DNA of 64,000 nt, taken from positions 5,053-69,052 of the forward strand of contig CAWDKS010000008.1 in assembly GCA_963802965.1 (NCBI GenBank), in the 5' to 3' direction. Under the pieces are notes generated by a model. It had not been told where the DNA came from. It was given only the letters and a program-made list of their open reading frames with translations, and made no database searches. The DNA is from an uncultured Verrucomicrobiae bacterium. Lineage in GTDB: Bacteria > Verrucomicrobiota > Verrucomicrobiia > Limisphaerales > UBA11358. Within the stretch, counting starts at the first letter, position 1. Each line of letters begins with the position of its first letter. This document shows, piece by piece, positions 61,485 to 64,000 of this stretch. The translations under genes and the position numbers were made by a program.

Positions 61485-61566
61485 CAGGATTTGCAGACGG
61501 GGTTGCCGGCCCGGCCATTTGAAAAGGCAGTCCGGCTTCCTCTGAAACGCCAAACCAAAGCCCGAC

Positions 61567-62025
61567 ATGTTGCGCCCCTTCAAATTACCACCGCAAATTC
61601 TGCGGTTGGTTTTGCTGACGCTGGCCATCGTCGGGTTCTACCTGGTCGCACGGGCTTTCCTGACCCCGCCGTCCTTTGGTCAATACGGCTGGTATCGCGG
61701 CGATGCGCTGGCGGAGATTGCGTCGCGGCCGCCTGTATTTGCGGGCAAGAAGGCGTGCGATGAATGTCACTCCGACATCCTGCACAAGCTGGCGGCGGAT
61801 GCGCACAAGACGCTTTCCTGCGAGGCTTGCCACGGCGTGAGCCGGGAGCATACCGACAACCCGGACATCCCGCCGGACAAGGCCACCGGCAGCCATTGCA
61901 TCCGGTGCCACGAAGCCAATCCGGCCCGCCCGGCCTGGCTCAAGCAAATCGTCGTCAAGGATCATTACGGGCCCAAATGCACCGATTGCCACATGCCACA
62001 TCAACCCACCAAAACACCGCCATGA
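61567..62025 (+). CDS. Membrane-anchored tetraheme cytochrome c
   Basis: CDECH, CEACH, CIRCH and CTDCH; N-terminal TM helix. Confidence 0.88.
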   Translation: MLRPFKLPPQILRLVLLTLAIVGFYLVARAFLTPPSFGQYGWYRGDALAEIASRPPVFAGKKACDECHSDILHKLAADAHKTLSCEACHGVSREHTDNPDIPPDKATGSHCIRCHEANPARPAWLKQIVVKDHYGPKCTDCHMPHQPTKTPP

Positions 62026-62831
62026 AGACTAAATTGAGCCGGCGCAGTTCATTGTTGAAAATGGGCGGGGCCATCGCAGGGTTGCTCACTCTTTCCATCG
62101 CGCGCACGGCCAAAGCGGTGGTGCAAAAGGTGTTTGTTTCCACGACAGCGCCCAACGGCTACGACCCGACCCGGCATAAATGGCTGATCTGCATTGACGA
62201 CAACAAGTGCATCGGCTGCGGGCTGTGCGCGGAAGCGTGCAAAAAGGAAAACGGCGTTCCGGAAGGCCCCTACTACCGCACCTGGATTGAACGTTACATC
62301 ATCCCCAAGCCGAAACCGGGTTCGGATCAAACCCGGGGCGAGGCGATCGTGGATTCTCCCGACGGCGGAATGCACGGTTTTCCCGAACCGACCCTGCCGA
62401 AGGACCAGATTGAGCACGCGTTCTTTGTTCCGAAGCTGTGCAACCTGTGCGAGAATCCGCCGTGCGTCCAGGTCTGTCCGGTCGGCGCGACGTTTCGCGC
62501 GCCGGACGGCGCGGTGCTGATTGACCCGAAATATTGCATCGGCTGCGCCTTTTGTGTTCAGGCCTGTCCTTACGGCTCCCGGTTCCTGAACCCGGTCACC
62601 CACACGGCCGAGAAATGCACGCTTTGTTATCATCGCATCACGCGCGGACTGAAGCCGGCCTGTGTCGAGATTTGCCCGGCGGAGGCGCGCATTTTTGGCG
62701 ATTTGAAAAATATGCATGCCGATGACCCACTCCAGAAATTTTACGAAAAAAACCGGGTGCAGGTGCTCAAGCCGCACCTGGGCACCGAACCCCGCGTTCT
62801 CTACGCCGGCCTGGACAAGGAGGTAAGGTAA
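62022..62831 (+). CDS. NrfC/PsrB-like 4Fe-4S protein, Tat-exported
   Basis: SRRSSLLK; CIGCGLC, CNLCENPPCVQVCP, CIGCAFCVQACP, KCTLC. Confidence 0.9.
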   Translation: MKTKLSRRSSLLKMGGAIAGLLTLSIARTAKAVVQKVFVSTTAPNGYDPTRHKWLICIDDNKCIGCGLCAEACKKENGVPEGPYYRTWIERYIIPKPKPGSDQTRGEAIVDSPDGGMHGFPEPTLPKDQIEHAFFVPKLCNLCENPPCVQVCPVGATFRAPDGAVLIDPKYCIGCAFCVQACPYGSRFLNPVTHTAEKCTLCYHRITRGLKPACVEICPAEARIFGDLKNMHADDPLQKFYEKNRVQVLKPHLGTEPRVLYAGLDKEVR

Positions 62832-62832
62832 T

Positions 62833-64000
62833 ATGATTGGCGAGGTGACCAATATCGTCGTGGAGGCGCTGCCGCAGTTTGAGGGGTATGTGTATCCCAA
62901 TGAAGCCAGCTTTCACCCGGTCTGGAGCACGTTGATTGTCATTTATCCCTACATCACCGGACTGGTGGCGGGCGCCTTCATCATGGCCTCGCTGGTGCGG
63001 GTGTTCAAAGTCAAGGCGCTGGAACCGGTGTATCGGCTCTCGATGTTGACGGCGCTGGCGTTTTTGCTTTGCGCCACCCTGCCGCTGCTGTGTCATCTGG
63101 GGCATCCCGAGCGGTGCTACGAAATCATGATGACCCCGCACATGACTTCGCCCATGGCGATTTTCGGCTTTGTCTATGCCTGGTATTTGATGGCGGTCCT
63201 GCTGCTGGAACTGTGGTTTGATTTCCGCCAGGACTTCGTGAAATGGTCAAAAGTCACCTCCGGCTTTCAGGGAATCCTCTATCGGGCGTTGACCCTGGGT
63301 GTGACCGATGTGTCGGAGCAAAGTGTGCGGCTGGACATGAAGATGGAGTGGATCCTTTCAATTGTCGGAATTCCATCCGCCTTTTTGTTGCACGGCTATG
63401 TCGGTTTCATTTTCGGTTCGATCAAGGCCAATCCCTGGTGGGGCAACGTGCTGATGCCGATCATGTTTATTCTGTCAGCCATCGTGTCGGGCATCGCGCT
63501 GTGCGTGTTCAACTACATCGTTCTGACCTGGATTCGCCGCAAGACCGTGGACATGCGCTGCCTGGACACCATGGCGATGTTTCTCTTCTACGCGCTGGTG
63601 GTGGATGCGGTCGTTGAAGGGTTGGACGTGCTCCATCGCGGCTATGCGGCGGAGGAAGGGTTCGCCGTGTTGCAGACCATGATCCGCGAGAAACTCTTTT
63701 ACACGCTGAACATCGGACAGGTTGGCATCGGCACGCTGCTGCCGTTGCTGATGCTGGGATCGCTCCAGCTTTTGCGCCGGCGCGTGCCGGATGCGGCCCG
63801 GCGGACCATGATTTTCTTCAGTGGAGCGGCGATCCTGATCGGCGTGCTGATGATGCGTTGGAACGTCGTCATGGGCGGCCAGTTTTTCTCCAAGAGCCTG
63901 CGCGGCGTGATGAGTTACAAAATGGAGTTTGCCGGACAGGAAGGCTGGCTCATCAGCGCCGTCATCATGTGCCTGCCGTTCATCATTCTGACGGTGCTGG
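62833..64000 (+). CDS. NrfD/PsrC-family membrane subunit, 3'-truncated by the window edge
   Basis: Absent from the ORF track. Manual translation: MIGEVTNI...WSTLIVIYPYITGLVAGAF...HLGHPER. Confidence 0.85.
   Translation, partial: MIGEVTNIVVEALPQFEGYVYPNEASFHPVWSTLIVIYPYITGLVAGAFIMASLVRVFKVKALEPVYRLSMLTALAFLLCATLPLLCHLGHPERCYEIMMTPHMTSPMAIFGFVYAWYLMAVLLLELWFDFRQDFVKWSKVTSGFQGILYRALTLGVTDVSEQSVRLDMKMEWILSIVGIPSAFLLHGYVGFIFGSIKANPWWGNVLMPIMFILSAIVSGIALCVFNYIVLTWIRRKTVDMRCLDTMAMFLFYALVVDAVVEGLDVLHRGYAAEEGFAVLQTMIREKLFYTLNIGQVGIGTLLPLLMLGSLQLLRRRVPDAARRTMIFFSGAAILIGVLMMRWNVVMGGQFFSKSLRGVMSYKMEFAGQEGWLISAVIMCLPFIILTVL

Overview
A GC-rich bacterial chromosomal segment, most likely from Verrucomicrobiota (Pedosphaerales/Limisphaerales-like; inferred from gene content and protein style). 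The backbone is housekeeping: futalosine menaquinone genes (ubiX, mqnP, mqnE, mqnA), nusB, ftsY, ribD/ribE, addB, fba, ffh, dprA, obgE-rpmA-rplU, metH, tRNA-Leu(GAG), tRNA-Tyr(GTA) and the start of a cytochrome c/NrfCD-like operon. Five things stand out. (1) Several families of short palindromic (REP-like) elements, and hairpins built from inverted tandem repeats of period 6-10 nt, occur between genes and also in frame inside core genes (ogt, mqnE, mqnA, ribD x3, addB x4, metH x2-3, an epimerase, an M20 peptidase); one family shows compensatory stem changes and one nested insertion. (2) Small defence/TA cassettes are bracketed by duplicated pieces of neighbouring sequence with no integrase nearby: a synonymously diverged second ffh 3' end, a 44-bp repeated leader ahead of a TA pair and a Shedu-like gene, and a possible mqnA 5' relic. 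(3) A candidate defence operon after ffh: C-box-like repeats, a controller-like XRE gene, a TPR + HExxH protein frameshifted in a C10 tract, and a DUF2075 nuclease-helicase fused to an S24-like domain. (4) carB is present only as its C-terminal half. (5) A cluster of GYF_2-domain membrane proteins follows dprA. All family calls come from motif recognition by eye, not from database searches.
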